Both the position numbers and the translations under genes were made by a program. Under the pieces are notes generated by a model. That model saw nothing but the letters and a program-made list of their open reading frames with translations. It did not search any database and had not been told where the DNA came from. This document shows, piece after piece, positions 39,036 through 54,700 of a stretch of DNA of 64,000 nt; position 1 is the first letter of the stretch, and each line of letters opens with the position of its first letter. The stretch is from Eledone cirrhosa (lineage: Eukaryota): assembly GCA_964016885.1 (NCBI GenBank), contig OZ024744.1, positions 54,374,001 to 54,438,000 of the forward strand. The letters are read 5' to 3'.

Positions 39036-39124
39036 TGGAGACGCAGGACATGGCAGCGATTATGAGGGAGAGAGACCGCTGGAGAGAACTCGTCCATGAA
39101 TCTCGGGAAATTTACCCGCCTCAG
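39030..39124 (+). mobile_element. RTE-like LINE extreme 3' fragment
   Basis: [20 protein letters not shown]; matches 16575-16670. Confidence 0.8.
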
Positions 39125-39135
39125 ATATATATATA

Positions 39136-41909
39136 TGAGCTGATAGAGTACTGTCTAAGGATTTACAGAAACCCATGAAGCTAGATTTAACACCTTTCTA
39201 GTGGGTCCGGGTATGATTTTACATTCATTTAAATTATTGACGTATTGTTTTATTGATATTTTTTATCTGTTTGGCCCGAATCTTCCTTTATCGATTTTAA
39301 ATCGTATGGTTGATTGTAGACTTGTTCTATATGTGACGGTATTTTAACGATAGTTATAGCTCTGATTCATCTGAATTATTGAGCCCTCTGCCGCTCATAT
39401 CGGATTTCGTTTTTCGTTAACTCGTGCGCCGATTTTTCGATACTCGATCTTTCTAATATATTTAGCTCTGGACATAGCTATCCACCAGTTAATTTTATTG
39501 CTCATATTTTGTCGATTCTATTGAGTGATGAATAGCTTTTGTTTTATTTTAACATGTCTATTGAGCACTCTAATTCGATATGTGTATTTCCACATTCACT
39601 CGAATTATTTTCGCGGATATAGGGGTCATCTCCCTTGTCTAATGCCATGTGCGTTTTTCACCGCTAGTTGACTCCTTTGCCGCCAGGATATAACTCGTTG
39701 ACAACGTAAACTCCATTCCACTTATTCTAGTAGGCTTTTATATTTATATGTGAGCTGATAGAGTACTGTCTAAGGATTTACAGAAACCCATGAAGCTAGA
39801 TTTAACACCTTTCTAGTGGGTCCGGGTATGATTTTACATTCATTTAAATTATTGACGTATTGTTTTATTGATATTTTTTATCTGTTTGGCCCGAATCTTC
39901 CTTTATCGATTTTAAATCGTATGGTTGATTGTAGACTTGTTCTATATGTGACGGTATTTTAACGATAGTTATAGCTCTGATTCATCTGAATTATTGAGCC
40001 CTCTGCCGCTCATATCGGATTTCGTTTTTCGTTAACTCGTGCGCCGATTTTTCGATACTCGATCTTTCTAATATATTTAGCTCTGGACATAGCTATCCAC
40101 CAGTTAATTTTATTGCTCATATTTTGTCGATTCTATTGAGTGATGAATAGCTTTTGTTTTATTTTAACATGTCTATTGAGCACTCTAATTCGATATGTGT
40201 ATTTCCACATTCACTCGAATTATTTTCGCGGATATAGGGGTCATCTCCCTTGTCTAATGCCATGTGCGTTTTTCACCGCTAGTTGACTCCTTTGCCGCCA
40301 GGATATAACTCGTTGACAACGTAAACTCCATTCCACTTATTCTAGTAGGCTTTTATATTTATATGTGAGCTGATAGAGTACTGTCTAAGGATTTACAGAA
40401 ACCCATGAAGCTAGATTTAACACCTTTCTAGTGGGTCCGGGTATGATTTTACATTCATTTAAATTATTGACGTATTGTTTTATTGATATTTTTTATCTGT
40501 TTGGCCCGAATCTTCCTTTATCGATTTTAAATCGTATGGTTGATTGTAGACTTGTTCTATATGTGACGGTATTTTAACGATAGTTATAGCTCTGATTCAT
40601 CTGAATTATTGAGCCCTCTGCCGCTCATATCGGATTTCGTTTTTCGTTAACTCGTGCGCCGATTTTTCGATACTCGATCTTTCTAATATATTTAGCTCTG
40701 GACATAGCTATCCACCAGTTAATTTTATTGCTCATATTTTGTCGATTCTATTGAGTGATGAATAGCTTTTGTTTTATTTTAACATGTCTATTGAGCACTC
40801 TAATTCGATATGTGTATTTCCACATTCACTCGAATTATTTTCGCGGATATAGGGGTCATCTCCCTTGTCTAATGCCATGTGCGTTTTTCACCGCTAGTTG
40901 ACTCCTTTGCCGCCAGGATACAACTCGTTGACAACGTAAACTCCATTCCACTTATTCTAGTAGGCTTTTATATTTATATGTGAGCTGATAGAGTACTGTC
41001 TAAGGATTTACAGAAACCCATGAAGCTAGATTTAACACCTTTCTAGTGGGTCCGGGTATGATTTTACATTCATTTAAATTATTGACGTATTGTTTTATTG
41101 ATATTTTTTATCTGTTTGGCCCGAATCTTCCTTTATCGATTTTAAATCGTATGGTTGATTGTAGACTTGTTCTATATGTGACGGTATTTTAACGATAGTT
41201 ATAGCTCTGATTCATCTGAATTATTGAGCCCTCTGCCGCTCATATCGGATTTCGTTTTTCGTTAACTCGTGCGCCGATTTTTCGATACTCGATCTTTCTA
41301 ATATATTTAGCTCTGGACATAGCTATCCACCAGTTAATTTTATTGCTCATATTTTGTCGATTCTATTGAGTGATGAATAGCTTTTGTTTTATTTTAACAT
41401 GTCTATTGAGCACTCTAATTCGATATGTGTATTTCCACATTCACTCGAATTATTTTCGCGGATATAGGGGTCATCTCCCTTGTCTAATGCCATGTGCGTT
41501 TTTCACCGCTAGTTGACTCCTTTGCCGCCAGGATAAAACTCGTTGACAACGTAAACTCCATTCCACTTATTCTAGTAGGCTTTTATATTTATATGTGAGC
41601 TGATAGAGTACTGTCTAAGGATTTACAGAAACCCATGAAGCTAGATTTAACACCTTTCTAGTGGGTCCGGGTATGATTTTACATTCATTTAAATTATTGA
41701 CGTATTGTTTTATTGATATTTTTTATCTGTTTGGCCCGAATCTTCCTTTATCGATTTTAAATCGTATGGTTGATTGTAGACTTGTTCTATATGTGACGGT
41801 ATTTTAACGATAGTTATAGCTCTGATTCATCTGAATTATTGAGCCCTCTGCCGCTCATATCGGATTTCGTTTTTCGTTAACTCGTGCGCCGATTTTTCGA
41901 TACTCGATC

Positions 41910-41920
<11 letters not shown>
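39136..41920 (+). repeat. Tandem array of a 615-bp non-coding unit (~4.5 copies), each with an atypical hammerhead-like motif
   Basis: Unit starts at 39136, 39751, 40366, 40981 and 41596; copies almost identical; flanked by (TA)n. Confidence 0.95.
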
Positions 41921-41962
<42 letters not shown>

Positions 41963-41992
41963 TATATATATATATATGTATGAATATATATA

Positions 41993-42083
<91 letters not shown>

Positions 42084-42248
42084 ATATATATGTATATATA
42101 TATGTATGTATATATATATGTGTATATATATGTATATATATATGTATATATATGTGTGTGTATATATATGTATATATATATGTGTGTATATATATGTATA
42201 TATATATGTGTGTATATATATGTATATATATATGTGTGTATATATATG

Positions 42249-42373
<125 letters not shown>

Positions 42374-42523
42374 ATATATATATGTATATATATATATATG
42401 ACGAGTGGAGAGATGCTGTGCTGAATAAGACCCGTCCCACCCTTGCAAGCAGGGAAAAGAGGACGTCAAATGATGATGATGATGATGATGATATATGTGT
42501 GTATATATATGTATATATATATA

Positions 42524-42588
<65 letters not shown>

Positions 42589-42592
42589 GTGA

Positions 42593-42676
<84 letters not shown>

Positions 42677-42737
42677 ATATATATATATATATGTGTGTGT
42701 ATATATATATATGTGTGTATATGTATATATATATATG

Positions 42738-42784
<47 letters not shown>

Positions 42785-42939
42785 ATATATAAATATAAAT
42801 ATATGTGTATATATCTATATATATATATATATGTGTGTATATATATATATATGTGTGTATATATATATGTGTGTATATATATATATATGTGTGTATATAT
42901 ATATATGTGTGTGTATATATATATATATGTATATATGTG

Positions 42940-42995
<56 letters not shown>

Positions 42996-42996
42996 C

Positions 42997-43034
<38 letters not shown>

Positions 43035-43057
43035 ATATGTATATATATATACATGTG

Positions 43058-43091
<34 letters not shown>

Positions 43092-43114
43092 TACACATAT
43101 ATATATATATATGA

Positions 43115-43184
<70 letters not shown>

Positions 43185-43247
43185 ATATATATATATATAT
43201 ACATATGGGTATATATATATATATATATGTGTGTATATATTTTTATA

Positions 43248-43290
<43 letters not shown>

Positions 43291-43349
43291 ATATATAGAT
43301 ATATATATGTGTTATATAGATATATATATGTGTATATATAGATATATAT

Positions 43350-45377
<2,028 letters not shown>

Positions 45378-45399
45378 ATATATATATATATATATGTGT

Positions 45400-46335
45400 G
45401 TGTACAAATTTAGAAGGGGCCTAGATAAACATAAACTCAATATTAAGATAGTAGAAAGACCTGGTACCTCCGTAAAAACACTTATTAGCAAGACATACCC
45501 TTTTCAAAGACACCCCTGTATAGATAAGAAATGTATAACCTGTAAATTAAGCCCCCATATTAACTGTAAAACTAGAAATGTAGTATATAGCATAAGATGT
45601 ACTAAAGGACAATGTATAGACAAAAATATAGTGTACATAGGTGATACAACTCGTAGTGTAGGGGAACGGATAAATGAACACTGGCGAGACCTTCAAGCTA
45701 GTAAAGAATCATCTGTACTCTACCAACATGCTAAAATAGAACATAAGGGTAAATTAGAGAACATAGAAATAAAAATAGAATCTACACACAGAAAAGACGC
45801 AATGTTTAGACAAATCACAGAGGCAATAAACATAAAAGAATTACAACCAAAATTAAATAGAAAACATGAGTGGAACAGCAACATCACAATTTACAATTAA
45901 GGACAAAATGAAAACACACGCACATAGAACAAACAACGAACCTGTAACATGTAAATAAACAAATAAATAAACGAATATAAACACACATAGACACCCGGAT
46001 GTGGAGCACACAACACACACACAGAAACAAAATGGCGTAGGACAGAACAAAGGAGAGGCACAAAAACAAAGAAAAGAATCCCCAGTCACTGAAGAGGTCA
46101 CATAATGTGTGACGAAAGAACTTTGACAATATATAAACAACCATCCGGTTGTGGAACTAACCAACCAACCGGAAATTTATAAATTCCTCAATTTATAAAT
46201 TTATTATAATAAATTGAAGTGAAACAACTGGTGCGTGTGTTTCTTATTGGCAACATGACCCTCCCAAAGTATAACAATATCGGTTTCAACACACGTTTTC
46301 AGATAAAGAATCTTGCTAAACAAAATCAAAAACGA
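45400..46335 (+). mobile_element. 5'-truncated Penelope/Poseidon-like PLE (GIY-YIG plus tail)
   Basis: [13 protein letters not shown]...[17 protein letters not shown]...RQITEAI...PKLNRKHEW. Confidence 0.88.
46085..46127 (+). ncRNA. Minimal type-I hammerhead in PLE tail
   Basis: GTCA CTGAAGA g GTCACA taatg TGTGAC GAAAG aa CTT TGAC. Confidence 0.8.
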
Positions 46336-46363
46336 AATATATATATATATATATATACATATA

Positions 46364-46429
<66 letters not shown>

Positions 46430-46599
46430 TATTATATCAACCAACATATGCGTACATATCATAGTACCTAGGTGGTCCAATGCAGGAGGATGCAGGACAA
46501 TTATATGAAAGACGTAAAATAAGAAAATTTAAAAAATTTAAAATTAACTTACTTACTAAAATTTTCACTCCAACTAATAAGTTTCTGTAATGGGATAAA

Positions 46600-46830
46600 G
46601 ATAGTTACGCAATGTAACTGTCGAGAATTCATTACGTCATCAGGGAATCTATTCTCAGCTAAGTCTCCAGGCAATGCGCGGACACTAGGGACTCATATAA
46701 AAATAATAATAATTCGGTGGATGGAACAGCTAGCGGCGACTCACGTGATTGATTCTTTAGAATCTGCCATTTGACCAGAGACAGTGAACTTTTTCAGTGC
46801 TTTGAAATTCAGTCCCCGCTGTCTTTTTCT
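46600..46830. promoter_or_regulatory. CpG-containing promoter-like patch; possible short first coding exon on the minus strand (MADSKESI, 46745-46770)
   Basis: TTACGTCA, CACGTG and GCCAT motifs; minus strand AAATGGCA...AC|GTGAGT donor. Confidence 0.4.
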
Positions 46831-48234
46831 TTATCAATATTCAATCATTAAATTTAATTTTGAGCAAAACTGCATTGACCAGCAATCTATGCCAAATATA
46901 TTGAAATATATTGCTTATACAGGAATAATCACTGAAGGGTTTTTCATCTTCATGAACTGAGCGCACCGATTAATCCTTTTATTCTTCTAACAAAAATATA
47001 CAGACTTTGAATTTTTTTTTATTATCAAAGTAATCAGTAATTATGAGAGGTTTTAGTGAAATAATTCACAAGTTAATAATATTAGATTTAAACCACTGAA
47101 ATTTAATAAGTAATAATGAAATTTCACTTTAAAATTTGTATTAATAGATTTGGTTGGGTTGGTGTTTAAGGAGTTAATCCATTACTTATAATGAGTGTAA
47201 AGGCACATAGCTTAGTGGTCAGGATTCAGCTCATGATCGTAAGGTGATGTGATCAATTCCTGGATTGGTCAGTATATTGTATCCTTTCACTTTATTCAGC
47301 TGTAAAATATGAATTTTACTAGTAGTTCTCAAAGCCAGCCTTTGTCCTTGCTGAATTTCACTGAGAATTTATTTTAAGGATACCCATATCTATGGAATAC
47401 TCCGAGACTTGCACATTAATTTCCCAAGCAGGCTGTTCCATTGCTAGAACATTTGGAACATTTGTCATAGGAACTGACTGAGGTCCAACACAGTAATAAG
47501 TCACTGCAATTTTTATATATATGTGTTATGTATTATTTTTGAAGCTATGATGCTTTAAAATGTCTTGAGCAGATCTATTAATCAATTATGAATTAAAATA
47601 AACCAAAGAAAATCTTAATACACCTGGAGGAGGTGGAGAGACTTTATCCATTTATTCATCACTTAATATATTTCCTATTTTCATATCTCCTGGCTTTAAA
47701 ACCCCTCACCGCTACCACCCTGCCTGTATTCTACTCCAACTTTGTAAACCTGTATTCTTTTACTGCGTGAATTAAAAAAGAAAAGACAGACTTGTTCAAT
47801 AAATAAAGAAGAAAATATGTTTAAATAAAAAACAAGAAATTAAACTGTAAAATGTAGTGCATCAAATAATTGAAATCCTGAGGCAATTAAAATATTTTCA
47901 AATGAAACTGATTTGTTTTTCTTTTAAGTAATTTCTGTTATATAAGGAGTGGGAAATAGAGTCAGTGATGATTGTAAATAAATGGAATGAGAGGGTTGGG
48001 TTATGTTTTGGGGAGGGATGTCAGTGACTGGGTGATAAGAGCAAGTTATGATGTGAAAAGAAATGAGATGGCTAGATCATGTGTTGAGGAAAGTGACTGG
48101 GTGAGAGGAGTGAAGGGACTAGAGCCACTGATGATTGTTGTAAAAATAAATGCAATGAGATAGATGACTGACTTGATGAGAAGAGTGACAAGAAAAAATT
48201 GGACAAAATGGAAAAGTTTGCTATGGAAATTACT

Positions 48235-48421
48235 TTAACTCTTTAGTATTTACATTATTCTATATTAACTATTGTATTTTCACGGTAAACACTTCCACAT
48301 AATATCGAATTTACGAGATTTTAATATTTATTTTGAGAACAATACCTTAACATCAATATGAGTGGTAAGTTTGAACAGAAAGAGGTGAGAATTCTGGTCG
48401 GTTTAAATGCTAAAGGGTTAA
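48235..48421. mobile_element. TTAA-flanked MITE (piggyBac-like ends)
   Basis: TTAActctttagtattta...taaatgctaaagggTTAA. Confidence 0.65.
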
Positions 48422-49247
48422 ATGTGTTGTACTGGGAATGTTGATTTACATAATATAGTGTCACGTGAATTTCACTGTTAATAAAGTATCAGCATTAAGT
48501 ATGTTTATTGGGTTTACTGACGACTCATTAACTCTTAACATCTTGTATTGTTGTTTGTTTTTGCTAGATCTAGAGGAAGTGGCTGTGATTGTGACCTTTG
48601 CAAGACCAATGAGATTGCTGTTAATATTCAGTTTAAATTGTTGATGAAAGACTAAATGTTAGTAGGAGGCCTGGGGTGTTGAGAGGAGAAAGAAAGACAA
48701 TGTCAGACAGATGTGAAGAGCAAGCCAGGCCATTGTAGTAGCAATGGAAGAGACCAGTCCAGAGGCTGGACCATATCTGTCAGTGACTCTAATAGAACAA
48801 GTGGTCATTTTCTGGATGTTTGTAAGTGTAGGAGCAGTAAGTACCTGAGTTTTGTAGAGGTTCTGAAGTATTTTCTGGCCCTTTAAAAAAAAAAAAGTTA
48901 GTTTTTTTAGATGCAGTTCTAGCTATGTTAAGGATGTCTGCTTACCATAAGAGATCATCAGTGGTACTGTGGCCTCGCATTTGGAGCAAACATAGGTCTC
49001 TTTAAATTGCTGGTGTTAATGGTTCTTAAATAAAATGATAACAGGAGGTTTTTAGATAAATATAAAGTTTGGCATCATAGAACCAGGTCTGATTTTAGAG
49101 GTTTGGTATTAAACAGGTTAAATGCATTTATTTATGAAATATTTACATCATCACTGTTTAACACCCATTTGAGACATGTCTGGTCATGTGATGGTGTCTT
49201 GCTCATACAGAACTGTTTCCAGCTTGGTTTCTATGGCCTTTTCTAAT

Positions 49248-49490
49248 GGACTGGGCACTTTTTGTTGTCACCAACATGACAACTCTACAGTGTAGACTGG
49301 GCACCTTTTGTTGTGTCACTAACACTACCACTTCAGTGTAGACTGGGCACTTTTTGTTGTGTCACCAACACGACCACTTCACAGTGTAGACCGGGCACTT
49401 TTTGTTGTGTCACTAACACTACCGCTTTACAGTATAGACTGGGCATTTTTTATTGTGGCACCAAAATGACCACTTTATAATTTTAGATTT
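49248..49490. repeat. ~47-bp minisatellite, about 5 copies
   Basis: Unit gactgggcacttttttgttgtgtcaccaacacgaccacttcacagtgta. Confidence 0.85.
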
Positions 49491-51257
49491 TTCTATGTAA
49501 TGTATGTATTTTCAGTTTTAATCCTTTGCAGATATTGAGTCAATATTTTTCTTGATTCTCTTTCCCTAGCCCTTTTCATAGCACTCCACATTTAAAACAC
49601 TTTAAAACAGTTTCATACCTTGTTCCTTTAAATTCATCAACTTTGATTCTTTTTTTCAAAGCCCATCTGAATTTCTGCAGAAAATTTCTCAAAAGATTTA
49701 AAAAGAAACTGCAGTAAGTATCCTCTGCATTAGTCGTTTTTTTTTTTATTGAGTTTGGTAGTTGGATACTATATAGAAAGCTGTTGTATGTTTACAGCTG
49801 ATGCTGTTTATTTACACGCCATAACTTAGCAGCTGGACAAAAATATTGGAAAATGGCTTTGTTAACTTATATGGTTATAATATATTTAGTTGTGGACAGG
49901 TTGTGAAGTAAAAACTTTGTTTTAATGCCATGCAGTCATAGTGTTGTTTTGCACTTTTCAAAAATGTCAGTGAAACTAATAAAAGACTATGAAACAGTTT
50001 CGTTGGATAACGTTTATTGGTAGATTTTAAAAATAGCCAGCAAACAAAAAAATATTCATAAATGTTGTGTGAATAAAATGTTCCCTCTCCCCTACAAAGT
50101 ACTATTTTAAAAGTTACCATGTTAAATTCTTCTTACTCCTTTGTCTTTGTGATGCACAATTGATTATCTAACGTGATTTTATGTGTAAGTGGTTGAGAAT
50201 TTCACAAACACTTGTACCCTTAATGTATATCACAAACAAAATAAACATGACACTGTGTGAAAAGGCTGGACTTTTGAATTTACAGGTACAATCTATCTGA
50301 AGGGCTTCCACACAGTTTCTATCTTCTAAATTACACTCATAAGGCTTGAGTTGACTTGAGGTTATGGTAAAGACCAAGATATCAGTGGGACTGAACCTGG
50401 GACATTATGATTGTGAAACAAACATCTAAACCAATCAGCCAAGCCGGCATCTACTGTTACTATTGTACTTAATGGGATAACATCTATGTGTGTGTGATAA
50501 GAGATACACTATTGATTTGATTGATCTCACATAGTTATATTTTATCAAAATAAGGCGGCAATATTTTACATACAGTGTAAATATACATATATCATCCATG
50601 TCCTCATTTAACATCTAATTTTCCACACTTTCTTGGTCTCTATGGTTGGATGCCCTTCCTAACACTAACCACATTAGTGTGGACTGAGTGGTTTTTATTG
50701 AGGCACCAAAATGACCTAACAGGGAGGATTTTTGTCATATACATATATTGTTTCAGAAAAAGACTGATTAAATTTCACCACTTGTAATAGATACATTTGT
50801 AGGTAAGCCAGGGTCTTTTTACTAAAGAAAACAGATGTAACATTTATGTATGAGTAAAAGGCTGAAACAGAAAGATGATAAATAGAAAGGAGTTACATAT
50901 TACCAGTGTGACTTACATTCAATAGTAGTAGTAATAATAATGGTTTCCAGTCTAGGCACAAGGCAAGCCATATTTTTGGATGGGGTCTGGAAAGTCGATT
51001 ATATCAATCCCAGTACTTAACTGGAATGAGATTTTTTTCACTCGGGATCAATAAAATAAAGTACCAATCAAGTACTGGGTTTGATAGAAGCACATTTCTC
51101 CACCTCATCCAAAAAACAATGGCTGACCTTGTGCCTAAATTAGAAACTACTAAATAATTTTTCATATTAGTACAAGATCACAATTTTGTAGACAAGAGCA
51201 GAGCCGTGGAATCAACAGCAATATATAAATGGCTTTTTGATTTGATGGTTCTGGAAA

Positions 51258-51473
51258 TTAACCCTTTAGCATTTAAACCAGCAATATCTGGCCAAAATTC
51301 TCTCACTTCTTTCTGTTCAAACCAGCTGTAACCGGCCACTCATACTGATGTTAAGGTATTGTTCACAACGTAGATAATATCAAAATCTCAGGTTTGATAT
51401 TATGTGAGGTAAAGCCTTTCCCATAAAAATACAATAGTATATATATAGAGTAAAGTAAATGTTTAAGGGTTAA
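51258..51473. mobile_element. TTAA-flanked MITE
   Basis: TTAAccctttagcattta...aaatgtttaagggTTAA; same family as 53254-53456. Confidence 0.7.
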
Positions 51474-51689
51474 AATCAAAGTTGATTTTGACGATATTTG
51501 AAACCAAAACAAAACACTAAAAAGTCTTCTGATTCTGCTACTCCACTATTCTTCATAAGAGATAAATAGGATTTTCAACTATGGTACAAGGCCCTATGGC
51601 TCTTTTTTTTTTTTTTAGGTGTGTGGTAGGATATAGTCTAGGACCTAGACTATATCCCCCCACACCTAAAAAAAACAAGCATGCCGTAG

Positions 51690-52830
51690 ATCTGGTGGTA
51701 AATGTCGTAAACTCTATAAGGGCAAGAGCACTGAATCATTAACAGCTCAAATCTCTGCTGGAAGATGTGGATGCTGAGCATGGAGATGTACTCTACTATA
51801 ACAATGAACAGTGATTGAACCTGGGCAAAGTGCTGAAGAGAGTTTGGGAGTTGCAAGAAGAAATCCTTCTCTTTCTGGGCATGAAGGGAGTTTCTTGTGA
51901 CTTTGTAACAAAAATGTCCTTTGAAGACTGGAGATATGAACTAATGTTTGTAGTTGAAATGTTTGATAAACTGAATGACCTGAATGTGACATTGCAGCAA
52001 AAGGATCTGTTTGCTCATGATATGTACAAGCATGTCAAGTCTTTTCAGGCAAAACTTACTTTGTTCTCCAGACAAGCAGGTAAAGGCAAGTTCTGCCATT
52101 TTTCTTTATTGGGGAAGGAGAAAGTACCTGCAAATGTCTCCTCAAAGATCATGTATCAGTTGATGAGTTTAAAGGAGGAATTTGAAAGAATTTTTACAGA
52201 TTTCAAAAAGATTGAGCCTTATTTCAATTTTATAACTTTCCCTTTCATTACTGATGTTGATGTAGCACCTGAAGAAATACAACTTGATCTAATTGACTTG
52301 CAAGCAGATCACCCATTGAAAGAAATGTTTCATTCTGTGCCATTAATAGAGTATTACAAGTCTCTTTCAGATGAAAAAATTCCATGTTTGAGAAGCTTTG
52401 CTGCCAGATTGTTTTCTATTTTGGGATCAACTTACATCTGTGAACAGTTTTTGCTGTCTTAAAATAAACAAGTCCAAGAACAGATCCATGATTTCAGACA
52501 CAAACCTGCATGCAGCAGTGAATTTCTAGCAGCAACCTTGTCCCAGATTTAAAAAAAATATATAACAAATTGTGACAAGTTGCATTTGTCTCATTAAATT
52601 GCTTGTTCTGGTATGTTTTGTGATATACAGACACAAATTAAAAGAAAACTTTGTTTTGAATTTTTTGTATTTAATAATTTTATTAATTTATGTATTATAA
52701 TGATGTAGTTTATATTTTATATTTTCTAAATTTTAACTGAAGAAGTAAGGTTACTGTCACACTATATCCAATAATAAATGGTTCTGCCCAGTCAATGTGG
52801 CCCCCGATCCAAAAAGTTTGCCCACTCTTG
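51690..52830 (+). mobile_element. hAT (Charlie/SPIN-like) transposase remnant with 3' TIR
   Basis: ORF 51815-52462 LGKVLKRVWEL...LNDLNVTLQ...LFSILGSTYICEQ (hAT dimerisation region); TIR-like aagtttgcccactcttg at 52814-52830. Confidence 0.85.
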
Positions 52831-53253
52831 ATCTAGGTAGTTAATTTATTGAGTCAAAGGACAAAAGCTACAGTTGTCATGATATAAACTTAGAACAAGA
52901 AGGACTATGACAAAATATACATACTTAATGCTCTACCAATTCTGTCATTGATCACCTTTATTGGGATATAATAAATCCTGCTAGCATTAATATATATGTG
53001 TGTATATAACATAATCATCTCTCCTTGTGTTTATAAACCCAAATGAACACAGACACAAACGCACAGATACACATATATATAGTAGTAATAATAATAAATA
53101 CAAAGACCAAAATCAAGAGAGGACTCCATAAGAGGTGGTGTATATATAAGTATATATAAACCTGTAGAGCAAATATTTATTATTAACACATTAAAAGTTT
53201 AAGCATATAATTACTGCTTTCACCCAAAGTGGGTGAAATCAGAAATTATTTGC

Positions 53254-53456
53254 TTAACTCTTTAACATTAAAACTGGTCATATCTGGCCAGAATTCTCTC
53301 ACTTCTTTCTATTGAAACCAGCCACTCATACTGATGTTATGGTATTGTTCTCAAAAGAAATAACATCAAAATCTCATAGATTCGATATTATGTGAGGTAA
53401 AGTCTTTACCATAAAAATATAGTAAATATAAACTAAGGTAAATGTTAAAGGGTTAA
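53254..53456. mobile_element. TTAA-flanked MITE
   Basis: TTAActctttaacatt...aatgttaaagggTTAA. Confidence 0.7.
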
Positions 53457-53474
53457 ACGTTTAATATGTGCTGA

Positions 53475-53520
<46 letters not shown>

Positions 53521-54502
53521 GTATCCAAACAGCAGGGTTTATAGATACAAAGGAAAAGTGTTCAATACCAAAGAGAATATGATATATTATATTACTAAGA
53601 TTATTCTCTGTTGCTACTCTGAGTTTTGCAGATTTCTACTGATCAGCAGGAAACTGCAAAACCTAGAGTAGTAACAGAGAGTAATCTCAGTGTGTGTGTG
53701 TATTAACTTGAGGTATTAAGAGATAACATACAAAGTTTATATATTTGTTTATATGAACATAAGTTTAAGTATACATACATATAAATATATACATATCATC
53801 ATCATCACTGTTTAACATCCATTTTTCCACCCTAGCATGGGTCAGACGAGTTGTCTCATAGTGAGACACGCCAGATCAGATAACTGTATATATATATATA
53901 TATACTCAGACACACACATACATGTGTGTGCATGAGAATATAGGATGGGTTCAAAAGACAGTGACTTTACAGATTATAAATACATGCCATTGGGAAGGCT
54001 TTTCTTGTTTTCTTGTTCTTCTTTGGACATTCTGGAAAAGAAAAGAAAGAAAAGGGTTTGACTGTAATTCTATGTTGAAGATGATGAATCAGTCTGTTGT
54101 CTAGACCATGGTCAGTCCTGATTCAACAGACCCTCAATGAAAGATTAAGTGGTTAATAAAGAACGAAACTTGTTGAAAGATCCCAAATTTATTTATATTC
54201 AATCCAGTTTATGGTAATCTATATTTTCCAGAAAGATTGGAGCAGGTGAGTGTCATAAGAGAGAGTGGTAATGGAAGTGAAACGGTGCTAGAGAGGGGAA
54301 TGAGACTAGAATATGAGAATTGTAGGGGGCGAGTAAATATATATTTTCAGGTGAAAGATGGAGAGAGAAAGTATGAAGGATGGATGATGTTAAAAGATAG
54401 TGGCCTGAGGGAGGACTAATAGTCCATAACTTAAATGGGGTGATGTGATAGAGTGTATCAGTTCCAAACATATCTCTCACACTTAAGTATCATGATAAAA
54501 GA

Positions 54503-54700
54503 GAAATGGAGACTTCTGGTATCCTTGGCCCTAGGGCTACCTCCCTACTCACCACCATAGGCGCTGAGCTGGCCAACCGCAGGTGTGAACCTTGCGAGTT
54601 GGAGTGGCTTTTCCAACGCATCTCCCTCGCTGTCCTCCGGGGAAATGCCTTCTCCATTCTGACCGCTGGGCCTGTGGCGGGGCCCCATCGCGTATCATTC
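54503..54700 (+). mobile_element. CRE-like non-LTR retrotransposon C-terminal (RLE) fragment
   Basis: METSGILGP...WLFQRISLAVLRGNAFSIL. Confidence 0.7.
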
